64,000 bases of DNA from a virus, in the IMG/VR virus record IMGVR_UViG_3300009159_008629, positions 10,273 to 74,272 of that record. The stretch is one strand, 5' to 3'. Made by a program: the position numbers and the translations under genes. Positions 36,668-45,336 of this stretch are shown piece by piece. Position 1 is the stretch's first letter, and each line of letters begins with the position of its first letter. Below the pieces are notes generated by a model, which saw nothing but the letters and a program-made list of their open reading frames with translations, was not told the origin of the DNA and did no database searches.

Positions 36668-37479
36668 CCCCGCTTGGACAGGACGGATTCCAATTGCGCT
36701 ATCTTCGCAAGACCCGATGAGCCGCCACGCTCGATGCCTTCCATCTTTTCCACGCAATCCCCGTCGCTGGTTTCGTATATCCTTGATTTCAGGACTGATT
36801 CCAGGTACGACAACGCCCAACCGTCGATCTCACCGCGAATCTCCTCGGAAAATATCTGGGTCGTTATGTCGGCGTGGAAAGACATCCCGGGTATGCTGAC
36901 GCATAACCTCCTGTTGCTTGACTTGGAGAGTTCGACGAATATGTCGTGGTCGTTCGGGTGCATCGTCGAGCAGTGTTTTCGGAAGACTTGCTGGTCCTCC
37001 CTTATCGTCTCGACCTTGCACGCGAACGTCATGGTCGTGCTGACGGATGTCCTCCAGTGCCGGTTTCCCTTCCTGAACACTGTGCATTCCTCCCCGCCGC
37101 CATAAGACTTCCCGTACTTGTCCGGGTGGTCGTACAAGGTCGCGTAGTCGCCGAAAGCCAGACCATCCTCTATCGCCACACGGCTGCCTTCATTGTGGAG
37201 GTAATCGTCCTCGACGAAATATATGGTCTCGCCATCCTGCTCTGCCATGGACATGTCCATCGCATATATGAAAGACGGGGCGTTGCCAAGACTCGTGGTC
37301 ACAACGTTGAGTCCGACGTCGGACAGCCAGGACAAGGTCTCGTCATGGCAGTTGTCGGCTACGACGACATCTATCTTGCCGAATTTCTCAAGGAAGTTCT
37401 CCAGGCAAACCTTCTTGCCGGCTCCGGGAAGCTTCTGTTTTCGGTATCCGTTGTCGCTTATCCTGTAGAAAACCTTCAT
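36664..37479 (-). CDS. GT-A fold glycosyltransferase
   Basis: VVADN, LGNAPSF, IYFVEDDYLH, LYDHPDKY, STTMTFA. Confidence 0.72.
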   Translation of the reverse strand: MKVFYRISDNGYRKQKLPGAGKKVCLENFLEKFGKIDVVVADNCHDETLSWLSDVGLNVVTTSLGNAPSFIYAMDMSMAEQDGETIYFVEDDYLHNEGSRVAIEDGLAFGDYATLYDHPDKYGKSYGGGEECTVFRKGNRHWRTSVSTTMTFACKVETIREDQQVFRKHCSTMHPNDHDIFVELSKSSNRRLCVSIPGMSFHADITTQIFSEEIRGEIDGWALSYLESVLKSRIYETSDGDCVEKMEGIERGGSSGLAKIAQLESVLSKRG

Positions 37480-38990
37480 TTCATGCCCCTTATGATTTCC
37501 TCTATTGCGGCAAAGGCTTCCGACCACCCGGCGTTCTTGTCCTGCCGGAAAAGCGTGACGCTGTCATACCAGTCGTTGTCGCTCCCGTCGCGTTTCCACC
37601 TCCAGTCGCCGTTGCAAGATATGAGCGCAATGGTCCTCTTCCCAAGAGCCCCGGCAAGGTGAAGCACCGCCGTGTCTACGGTGACCACAATGTCCATGCA
37701 TTTTATTATGGAGGCGGTCTTCTCGAAGTCCGTCTGGAACTCCGAGACATCGACCACGCTCATGTTCTCCGTGCCATCTGTAAGGTCAACAGGCTCGTCC
37801 TTGAACCTGTACATCCTGGGTCTCGTGTCCTTCTGCAGGTTGAACAGCTTGACCCCGGGGATATCGTGTATGCCCTTGAACAGCTTGAGTTGGCATGACC
37901 TTTGGGCGTCATTCGGATGCTGTGGGTTCCCAGCCCATGCTATCCCGACTTTCGTGAAGCCGGAATAGTCGGAGGCATTGAAGGTGGTTGAGCAATCGAG
38001 GTATGGGGCTTTAGGTATGCTCGTGGATCTAAGGAGGAACGGCAAGCTCACGATGGAGCATTGGTAGTCATGTGGCGGAATGCCGAACGAGCCATCCCTG
38101 TGTTCGTATATTGGTATTTGCGACGGGTCCTTGACGTAAACCTCGTCTACATACGGTTCGAACAGGCTTTGCAGGCTATCCCAGCAGTGCATGACGACGC
38201 GGGCGCCCTTTTCCCTGAGGAACTTGACATACCTGAAGAAATGGATGACGTCGCCGGTTCCTTGTTCGGAGTGAACCAACACGGTCTTGCCGGAAATGTC
38301 GTCGATTCCGTTCCATTTGGTTTTCGGGTCATATATCTTGTCCCAGAACTTGGTCTGGTCGTATACCTTGAATCTCCACTCGTATTCTGGCCAAGCCTTG
38401 TCCCATTCCCCGCGCAGCTGGTGTATAGACGCCAGGTCGACGTGACCAGCCGCGAAATCGGGATTCAGGTCCAGGGATTTCCTGAAGCACCTTTCCGCCT
38501 CATCCAGGTTCCGCAGCTCTCCGTAGCATCCTCCAAGCATTCCCCATGTCTCCGGGGTTTCCTTTATCGATATTGACTTGAGGAATGAGTCTATCGCCTT
38601 TTCGACCTGCTTGTCGTTGCGGTATTGCAGACCAAGGTTGCTGTGGACGAAATTAAGACCGGGATTTATGTCTATCGCCTTCAATATGGACTCTATCGAT
38701 TCCTTGTACATTCCCATCCCCGCATAGCAGAGACCAAGGTTGTTGTGGTTCTCGTAGTTAGACCCGTCTATGGATATAGCCCTGTCGAAGTGCTTGACGG
38801 CAGAATCGAAATCCCCCCTCTTGTGGCATATGAGACCAAGAAGCTGGATGACGTTGGCGTTTTCCGGGTCGATCTTGATCACCTGGTTGGCGAGAAGCTC
38901 GGCATCCCTGTCGTTGCCCTCGGAGAATTTCTTGAGCATGAGCTCGCTGGCTTTCTTCTTGAGATCGGCAATTTGCACTTCATCAAACAT
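37476..38990 (-). CDS. TPR-repeat protein with C-terminal GT9-like (heptosyltransferase-type GT-B) domain
   Basis: About 6 TPRs; YEWR, EQGTGDVIHFFRY, GIAWAGNP, NLQK, DIVVTVDTAVLHLAGALG, WRW, WY. Confidence 0.85.
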   Translation of the reverse strand: MFDEVQIADLKKKASELMLKKFSEGNDRDAELLANQVIKIDPENANVIQLLGLICHKRGDFDSAVKHFDRAISIDGSNYENHNNLGLCYAGMGMYKESIESILKAIDINPGLNFVHSNLGLQYRNDKQVEKAIDSFLKSISIKETPETWGMLGGCYGELRNLDEAERCFRKSLDLNPDFAAGHVDLASIHQLRGEWDKAWPEYEWRFKVYDQTKFWDKIYDPKTKWNGIDDISGKTVLVHSEQGTGDVIHFFRYVKFLREKGARVVMHCWDSLQSLFEPYVDEVYVKDPSQIPIYEHRDGSFGIPPHDYQCSIVSLPFLLRSTSIPKAPYLDCSTTFNASDYSGFTKVGIAWAGNPQHPNDAQRSCQLKLFKGIHDIPGVKLFNLQKDTRPRMYRFKDEPVDLTDGTENMSVVDVSEFQTDFEKTASIIKCMDIVVTVDTAVLHLAGALGKRTIALISCNGDWRWKRDGSDNDWYDSVTLFRQDKNAGWSEAFAAIEEIIRGMK

Positions 38991-39017
38991 TATTCGTTAC
39001 TCCGGCATAAATAAACT

Positions 39018-39191
39018 ATGTTAAAGGAAGAACCTAAAAAGCATCAAGATGTTTCTGACAAAAAAACCATGGAGGCGACTCCAGCGGACCCGAAGCCTAA
39101 AGGCTGTGGCTGCGGGGGTGGAGTGAAGGTTACTAGAGAAAAGATGCTTCAGGAACTCCACGAAAAAATGAAAAAAACCAAGTATCTTTAG
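39018..39191 (+). CDS. Small basic protein with GCGCG motif (57 aa)
   Basis: Below the ORF-track cutoff; TAAATA box 4 nt upstream; ends 9 nt before the next start. Confidence 0.65.
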   Translation: MLKEEPKKHQDVSDKKTMEATPADPKPKGCGCGGGVKVTREKMLQELHEKMKKTKYL

Positions 39192-39200
39192 GAGGCTATT

Positions 39201-39443
39201 ATGCCATGCGGATGCAGAAAGAACACGTTCAAGAGCAGGTCCGCCCCGGTCATGGGACCTAGCAGGGCTAATTTCCAGCCGAATTCCAACAACAAGATAA
39301 TAGCTCCGGCAAACGTCAACAAGGCGTCGCATGCCGGATCGCAGACCCCGACACCAAGCCGAAACTCATCATCGGAGTCCAACGAAAGGAGAAAAATCCA
39401 GAACGTGAGGCGAGACGCGATAAAGAGGGCTTTCAACAAATAG
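39201..39443 (+). CDS. Small basic protein with N-terminal CGC motif
   Basis: MPCGCRKN; strong SD AGGAGG. Confidence 0.7.
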   Translation: MPCGCRKNTFKSRSAPVMGPSRANFQPNSNNKIIAPANVNKASHAGSQTPTPSRNSSSESNERRKIQNVRRDAIKRAFNK

Positions 39444-40193
39444 TCAGTTACCGATGTCGAATTTCGGTCTGATCTGGGGCATAGTCCAGACTTCCTTTCT
39501 TATTACTGTATTGACGGTGGCGTTCCGGATTGTCCATTCCATCGATATGCCTTCTTTGTACCATATGATGTGAATCTTTCTCGGCACGAATGTTTTCCCA
39601 GGAAAATCGTATTCCGAGATCTCGGAGCTGGCTGTCATCGAGCCGTCCTCTCCATACAAATAGCTTCCTTTTATTGCCCCAGATTCGCCCACGAGGGTTC
39701 CTATCGTTGTTTTCTCGCCTAGATGGTTTTTCTCCTCCTTGAGGAACATTTGGCTTCCCCCCATCTTGATCTTTTCCCCTGTGGATTCCACCTTCGGTCT
39801 GACGCATGTCAGCATCCATTTGGGGTCCAGGGCTGGCTTCAGTTTGGTTTTCCCAATGTTGTCGAGGCTGGAGAAGTACAACCCATACGGCTTTCCGCGC
39901 CGTGACCAGTACCAGAGTTCGGAATCGTTTATTCCGACATCTATCTCCTTTCCAAGAACGCTTGAAGCCACCAGCCTGAATTTGTCGCCCTCGACACATA
40001 TCGTGCCGTGAAGGCTGACGGAGATTCTTTGCCTAACCGTTATGAGTATTTCCGCATGCATGTTCTCGTAGGCAGCCAAAGGTTTCTCTTTGCCAGCAAG
40101 CCCTTCGCTTGTGCCTTTCGCTGATTTTGGATCGATTTTAATGGCAAAAAAAACGATTGGGATGATAAATAGAATCAAGAGTAGTTTTTTCAT
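39444..40193 (-). CDS. Exported protein, LolA/LolB-like beta fold
   Basis: Signal/anchor MKKLLLILFIIPIVFFA; FRLVAS...EIDVGINDSELWYW; VPRKIHIIW. Confidence 0.6.
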   Translation of the reverse strand: MKKLLLILFIIPIVFFAIKIDPKSAKGTSEGLAGKEKPLAAYENMHAEILITVRQRISVSLHGTICVEGDKFRLVASSVLGKEIDVGINDSELWYWSRRGKPYGLYFSSLDNIGKTKLKPALDPKWMLTCVRPKVESTGEKIKMGGSQMFLKEEKNHLGEKTTIGTLVGESGAIKGSYLYGEDGSMTASSEISEYDFPGKTFVPRKIHIIWYKEGISMEWTIRNATVNTVIRKEVWTMPQIRPKFDIGN

Positions 40194-40226
40194 TACAGAT
40201 ACATAGTTTCAAACACGGAGAAAATC

Positions 40227-41003
40227 ATGATACCTTACCGCAAATGGAAGTTCCTAAACGAAAGCATATTCAACAGGACGCTCGGAATCACGAACCACCA
40301 ATCGCTGGGGTTGATCAGCCCTTTCCTGACCGCGCAGGATGGAGCTCAGGAAGTTACGTCCAACCAGGACGGGGAAGAAAACGTTCTCGTGGACGAAAAA
40401 AGCTCGCACGGCAAGAAAAAGAAGTCAGAGATGGAGAAAATGGAGAAGTGCAAATATTGTGGGTCGAAGATGAAGAAAGAACACATGGATGAAGACGAAT
40501 ATGAAAGTGACGAAGATGAGAGTGGCGAAGAGGATGAAGAGGAGGAAGAAGAGGAAGGCGAAGGCGAGGAAGAAGAGGAAGGCGAAGGCGAGAGTGGCGA
40601 AGAAGATGAAGATGGTGAAGACGAGGATGAGGATGAAGATGGTGAAGATGAGGATGAGGGCGACATGGATGAATCCAAGAAGCATAAATCAAAGAAAGGC
40701 ATGAAGCACATGAAGTGCATGAAGTGCATGAAGGAATCCTTCAAGTACAATTTCATGAAGGGAAAAAAGGGCAAGAAAGTCAAGAAGGGCAAGAAGGTAG
40801 ACAAGAAATCGGAAGGCGATGTCGCCGCCGATGGCAGTATTGACGCCATGGTAAAGAAACTCGTCAAGAAGGGAATGCCCGAGAAATTCGCGATGGTTAT
40901 CGCCAAGAAGAAAGCAGAAAAGGCAAAGAACGAGTCGTCCTGGATGAATGATATTTTCGGCGGCGATCCCAACAAAAAGAACTATGACGGCATCAACGAT
41001 TAG
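40227..41003 (+). CDS. Acidic/basic low-complexity protein, probable prohead core or internal protein
   Basis: About 60-residue E/D/G tract followed by a K/M-rich tract; MIPYRKWKFLNES start; TACATA box and SD. Confidence 0.7.
   Translation: MIPYRKWKFLNESIFNRTLGITNHQSLGLISPFLTAQDGAQEVTSNQDGEENVLVDEKSSHGKKKKSEMEKMEKCKYCGSKMKKEHMDEDEYESDEDESGEEDEEEEEEEGEGEEEEEGEGESGEEDEDGEDEDEDEDGEDEDEGDMDESKKHKSKKGMKHMKCMKCMKESFKYNFMKGKKGKKVKKGKKVDKKSEGDVAADGSIDAMVKKLVKKGMPEKFAMVIAKKKAEKAKNESSWMNDIFGGDPNKKNYDGIND
40485..40810 (+). repeat. Low-complexity coding repeats (GAA/GAG/GAT runs; ATGAAGTGC tandem)
   Basis: EEEEEGEG x2, EDEDGED x2, MKH MKC MKC MK, KKGKKV x2. Confidence 0.8.
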
Positions 41004-41031
41004 ATTTTAAGTCAATCAAATCCTCAAGTTT

Positions 41032-41068
41032 AAAAAAAGCCCCAAGTTTAAAAACTTGGGGCTTTTTT
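41032..41068. terminator. Bidirectional intrinsic terminator
   Basis: AAAAAAAGCCCCAAGTTT-AA-AAACTTGGGGCTTTTTT. Confidence 0.85.
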
Positions 41069-41944
41069 CATTTCTTCTGCCATTCTCGAGATCCCCTCTT
41101 TGATTCCCACTTTTGGGATGAAGCCAATTTCCCTTCTGGCTTTATCCATGCAAGCCAAGGTGAATGGCTGGTACGCCGACTCGTAAGGGTTGTCGATGTA
41201 CTCGACCCCAATGTCTTTTCCCGTGGCTTCCTTTATTCCCTTCACGATGTCGTTCATGGATGTCGAAACGCCGCTCCCTATGTTGAAGACGTCGCTTTTC
41301 TCGTAATCGAGGCATTTGACGTTGGCGTCCACCACGTCATCCACCGAAACCCAGTCGCGACTTTGCTCCCCCCACTTGAAAAGCTTCAGGGTCTCCCCTT
41401 CAGTCGCCTTCCTGCACATCTGGTAGACCATGCTGGCTCGCTTGCCCTTGTGGCTCTCCCTTGCCCCGTAAACGTTGAAGTAACGAAGCCCAATGGTCTG
41501 CACCCCAAAAAACTTCCCGAAGTCGGCAGTGAGCATTTCCAGTATGTCCTTGGACATCGAGTATGGACTCAACGGCGAGGTCTCCATGTCTTCCCTGTAC
41601 GGAGGCTCGAGCTTCCCATATACGGACGCGCTGCTGGCATAGATTATTTTCCTGCACCCTAAAAGCCGAACTAAGCCGAACACGTCCAGCGACCACTTGC
41701 AGTTGGACCGGAACATGCTTTCCCTGTCGCTGTCAGTCGTGTCGTTGTTCGCAGCTTGGTGAAAACAGACATCTATCTTCCCCAAGCTCCTCAGATCGCT
41801 CAAGGTGTTGACGAAGTGGTGATGGTTGCATTTCTGTTCGGAAGGCGAACCCATTATTGCCACCTCGTGTCCGAGACGGTGCAGCTTGTCGGCGAGACAA
41901 GAGCCTATGAATCCGGTGCCGCCAGTAACAAGAATTAAAGACAT
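41048..41944 (-). CDS. gmhD: ADP-L-glycero-D-manno-heptose 6-epimerase-like SDR
   Basis: TGGTGFIGS, FHQAA..DTT, YASSASVYG, YSMSK, GLRYFNVYGARESHKGKRASMV, GEQSRD, YQPFTLA. Confidence 0.82.
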   Translation of the reverse strand: MSLILVTGGTGFIGSCLADKLHRLGHEVAIMGSPSEQKCNHHHFVNTLSDLRSLGKIDVCFHQAANNDTTDSDRESMFRSNCKWSLDVFGLVRLLGCRKIIYASSASVYGKLEPPYREDMETSPLSPYSMSKDILEMLTADFGKFFGVQTIGLRYFNVYGARESHKGKRASMVYQMCRKATEGETLKLFKWGEQSRDWVSVDDVVDANVKCLDYEKSDVFNIGSGVSTSMNDIVKGIKEATGKDIGVEYIDNPYESAYQPFTLACMDKARREIGFIPKVGIKEGISRMAEEMKKAPSF

Positions 41945-41945
41945 A

Positions 41946-41974
41946 TTGAAAATTTAACCTCACGCCATTAAAGT
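41946..41974 (+). promoter_or_regulatory. Sigma70-type promoter
   Basis: TTGAAA-17 nt-TAAAGT upstream of Prim-Pol. Confidence 0.5.
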
Positions 41975-42002
41975 AGGGTCGAATTCATGTTTTGGGGAAA
42001 AA

Positions 42003-42722
42003 ATGAGAAAAAACATCTTATTCTATTTCGACAATTACTGCAATATCGGGCTAAGCCCGATTGTCGTCAACTTCATGTCCAAGAAACCGGTGCTGGCTGG
42101 CTGGAACGAAAACTACAACCAAAAAAGGTGGAGATCCATATTGTGTCGCGACGAACGCGACTTCAACATAGCCATACTTCTCGGCAGGATCGTGGACGTC
42201 GAGGCTGACTCAGACGAGGGCAACGAACTGCTTCAAAGCCTCATAGGCGACAGCAAGCATCCATGTTTCAAGAGCAGCAGGTCGGTCCACCACCTTTTCC
42301 TGAACCCAGACCCGTCGCTGACAATGAAGGTGTACCACGGCATAGAGTTCAGGGGGAACAAGGTTTGCAGCGTGATGCCGCCATCGGTGCACGAGGACGG
42401 AACGGAGTACAGGTTCCTCAAGTCGAGCCAGCTTCCGATACCCCAGATGCCGGACGACCTCTTGCGTTTCTATTGGGGTAACAGGAAGGCGGAGATGGAT
42501 TTGGCGTCACCAAGGAAGCCAGCCAAGCCGAAAGTGAAGAAGGACCACAAAAGGCTTGCCTGCCCGGAGTGCAAGAAGACTGTCTACATCCACAAGAAGA
42601 GGCTGGTCTTGGAGGTTCGTTCCTTTTCCCAAAAAGGCATGTCTTGGTCATGCAGGTCATGCAGGACGATAGATGTCAGGGATTCATGCAGGACGATAAG
42701 GTCACAGACCGCAAAGGAATGA
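42003..42722 (+). CDS. Bifunctional primase/polymerase (Prim-Pol, AEP) domain with C-terminal zinc ribbon
   Basis: KKPVLAGW, NIAILLG.IVDVEAD, SSRSVHHLF, IEFRG, VMPPSVHEDG..Y; CPEC...CRSC. Confidence 0.8.
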   Translation: MRKNILFYFDNYCNIGLSPIVVNFMSKKPVLAGWNENYNQKRWRSILCRDERDFNIAILLGRIVDVEADSDEGNELLQSLIGDSKHPCFKSSRSVHHLFLNPDPSLTMKVYHGIEFRGNKVCSVMPPSVHEDGTEYRFLKSSQLPIPQMPDDLLRFYWGNRKAEMDLASPRKPAKPKVKKDHKRLACPECKKTVYIHKKRLVLEVRSFSQKGMSWSCRSCRTIDVRDSCRTIRSQTAKE

Positions 42723-43304
42723 AGCCGCGTATTCCACGTCCACCTTGGTTATCGAGTGACCGCCGTCTTGCTTCTCTATCGTGGTGATCACGTGACCTTC
42801 CCTGAGAAGGGCGTTCTTGGTCGGCATGAACCTCTCGCCGTAGCCGAACGTGTTGTCGTCCCGCGCGTGGATCATGAGGCATGGGGTCCTGTGCTGGTTT
42901 TTCTTGACTCTCGAAACGTCCAGGATGCATCCGCTGTGGCACACGGCAGCCATGAACCGGTTCGACATGGATACCTCCAGCGCCATCACCCCTCCGGCGG
43001 AGTATCCCGAAAGTATTGTCTTGAGAGGGTCGACGTTTTCGTCCGACGACAGCCTGTTCACGAATTCGTTGACGTTCTTCACCGACTTGCATATGCCAGA
43101 CACGGATTCGGACTGGTTCAGAAGTCCGTTCGGCTTGGGATACCATTCCGTCTCGGGACTCATGGCTATTAGGTTGAACGACTCTTCTATCTTCTTGTTT
43201 TCCCGATAGAGGCTCATGAGTTCTTCCGGGTCTTGACCCCTTCCCGAGAATATGAGTATCGTCTTTTCCTTTTTCGTATTTTTTCTTTTCAGGAAACTGA
43301 ACAT
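42702..43304 (-). CDS. Alpha/beta hydrolase (phospholipase/carboxylesterase family)
   Basis: GYSAGG nucleophile elbow, IHARDD, GGHSI. Confidence 0.82.
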   Translation of the reverse strand: MFSFLKRKNTKKEKTILIFSGRGQDPEELMSLYRENKKIEESFNLIAMSPETEWYPKPNGLLNQSESVSGICKSVKNVNEFVNRLSSDENVDPLKTILSGYSAGGVMALEVSMSNRFMAAVCHSGCILDVSRVKKNQHRTPCLMIHARDDNTFGYGERFMPTKNALLREGHVITTIEKQDGGHSITKVDVEYAASFLCGL

Positions 43305-44215
43305 TTGATGTTCCACTCCTTGTAGAAGTCGAATTTCTTGTCCTGCATCTCGTATATCTGCGATATCAGGCTGTGCGGCAGGTGCCCTTCGACTATGTGC
43401 ATGAAGTTGCTTGCCTTTTTGCGGTCGCAGGAGTTTATGCATTGCCTGAGAAGGTCTATGTCGTACCCGAAACAGGAGTGAGCCTTCAAGACGTCATCGT
43501 CGTCGAGGAGCGACTCATCCACCGCCCAGAATTTCTTGTGACCGCCATCCTCCACGAAATCTATGGTGAACTCCGTCAGGTCGTAAACCAACTCGAGAAG
43601 CTTGGGGCTTTTGACCCAGAAGTTTCCTAGGCACCTGTACTCGAGTCCGTGCTCGGGGATCCTGTGGCTTCCCGCGTGACCGTACACGTTCCTCCGGAAG
43701 ACCTGTGTGGCGTCATGGTCGAGAAGTACTGATGGAAGACCTATGAACAGGTCCATCATCCTTATGACGTTGAGCATCTCCATGCCATCGTTGAGCAGTT
43801 CGTTTTCGCCGATGTGGATGTGTCCCCCGGCTGTCCTGAATCCGGTGGTCTCTATGATCTCCTGGGGCGGGAGGACTTGCTCGAGCGTGTACGCGCAGTA
43901 CTCCGGGTTGCAGCCGGCTATCCTCGCCTCCCTTTCGGTGAGTTCGCTGTCCGGGAACCAGTTGGACGACTCGACCTTTATCTCGTGTTCGTGCAACTCC
44001 TCGTTGAGGAGGTCGATGGCGTCCCTGAAGTTGTCGACGGCGTTCATCTTGCTGTAGCTTGGCTTGACCTGCATCTCGGCAAGCACGTTGTCGTAGTACA
44101 CGGACGCGCCATTCACGGTTTTTCTTTTTTCTTTGCTCGGAAGCAACCGTATGGCGCTCCTTAGATTGCCATTGTTGGAAACAAAGACTTCTGGGTCTGA
44201 ACCGAAAGAGAACAT
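43289..44215 (-). CDS. phiEco32-like COOH-NH2 ligase type 2 (glutamine-synthetase-like amidoligase)
   Basis: FGSDPEVFV, DNVLAE, GCNPEYCAY, FRTAGGHIHIG, RRNVYGHAG.HR...GLEYRCLGNFW; SD AGGAGGT. Confidence 0.88.
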   Translation of the reverse strand: MFSFGSDPEVFVSNNGNLRSAIRLLPSKEKRKTVNGASVYYDNVLAEMQVKPSYSKMNAVDNFRDAIDLLNEELHEHEIKVESSNWFPDSELTEREARIAGCNPEYCAYTLEQVLPPQEIIETTGFRTAGGHIHIGENELLNDGMEMLNVIRMMDLFIGLPSVLLDHDATQVFRRNVYGHAGSHRIPEHGLEYRCLGNFWVKSPKLLELVYDLTEFTIDFVEDGGHKKFWAVDESLLDDDDVLKAHSCFGYDIDLLRQCINSCDRKKASNFMHIVEGHLPHSLISQIYEMQDKKFDFYKEWNIKCSVS

Positions 44216-44223
44216 GAGACCTC

Positions 44224-44979
44224 CTAGAAAAGGTGCCACCTTGGTACAACCACACTTGAACCAGCTATTTTCTTTCTAATTTCGTTAGTATATGATAGTA
44301 TGCCCGTATCATTATGGATGCGGTCTGCCGTCAGATTTGGGTAGTTCTTTTCCATCTTTTTGTAGAATATCTTCCCGTCGCCCATCTTGATGATCTTCTC
44401 CATGCCGAGGAACGAGTCTCTGAGGAGCGTGGAATCCTTGTTCTGGTATGGCTTTATCCTTTCCGAGATCATGTCGCCAACGGTCTTTTGGAACGAGTTT
44501 CCGGGCTTGTGAGCCATGCCAACCCTTACGAGAAGAACGAACAGGGATATCATCGGCGGGGCTTTCAGCCATCTTTTTGAGCCCCTCACCATCCAGCACC
44601 CTTTTTCGCACCTTCTGGTCTCGCTCTTTCTCATCCCCAACATTTTCTCCATCTCGTTGATGAACAGGATGGAGTTCCCGATGTTCTCGTCGAAATTAGC
44701 GTCGCCGTTGCTCCTGAAAAGCATGCGGAGCTCGTCCATGTGCATCCTCGGATTCCTTTCCGGGTTGTACATGAAGTTGAATATGTTTATGGGTTTGTTG
44801 CGTATGTTGGAGAAAATTATGGTCTGGAGGAAGTCCTTGCAGAACAAAAATTCGTGGCATTGCTCGTATTCGTCCGAAACGAACGAGAACTCCAGACCTT
44901 TCTTGTATATTTGAAGTATGTTCAAATTTCTTCTCTTTGATTCATACCACTTGATTCTACGAGAACAATTTTCCATCAT
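44224..44979 (-). CDS. Hypothetical protein upstream of the amidoligase
   Basis: CKDFLQ, W..APPMISLFVLLVRVG, IHNDTGI; same operon. Confidence 0.7.
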   Translation of the reverse strand: MMENCSRRIKWYESKRRNLNILQIYKKGLEFSFVSDEYEQCHEFLFCKDFLQTIIFSNIRNKPINIFNFMYNPERNPRMHMDELRMLFRSNGDANFDENIGNSILFINEMEKMLGMRKSETRRCEKGCWMVRGSKRWLKAPPMISLFVLLVRVGMAHKPGNSFQKTVGDMISERIKPYQNKDSTLLRDSFLGMEKIIKMGDGKIFYKKMEKNYPNLTADRIHNDTGILSYTNEIRKKIAGSSVVVPRWHLF

Positions 44980-45036
44980 AGGTCCTATTACTTCAAATTA
45001 TAAGGTAATTCGTGAATCTAGTTCAATATATAATTT

Positions 45037-45336
45037 ATGAAAGGTTTCACGCAATTTCTTGAAAATAACAATGTCGACTCAGAAATAATACACATGTATC
45101 TGAATGGCGACGGAGTCTCCGTTTCCGATATAGGTGCGAACTATGGGAAATCCGAGACGGATGTATATAGGATTCTGAGGGCGAACAGCATCAATCCGAA
45201 CAGGAAAGGTGTCCACCACGAGAAGGTCAGGAGTCTTTCCAGGCTTGGGTGGGGAATTCACGAGATATCCTCCATGACCGGATACTCTACTAGGAACGTT
45301 CGTTACATACTTAAGAGGGAACATGGCTCTATCTGA
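45037..45336 (+). CDS. Tandem HTH protein with capsid-targeting-like N-terminus
   Basis: MKGFTQFLEN; two HTHs (SVSDIGANYGKSETDVYRIL, GIHEISSMTGYSTRNVRYIL); TATATA 4 nt upstream. Confidence 0.75.
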   Translation: MKGFTQFLENNNVDSEIIHMYLNGDGVSVSDIGANYGKSETDVYRILRANSINPNRKGVHHEKVRSLSRLGWGIHEISSMTGYSTRNVRYILKREHGSI

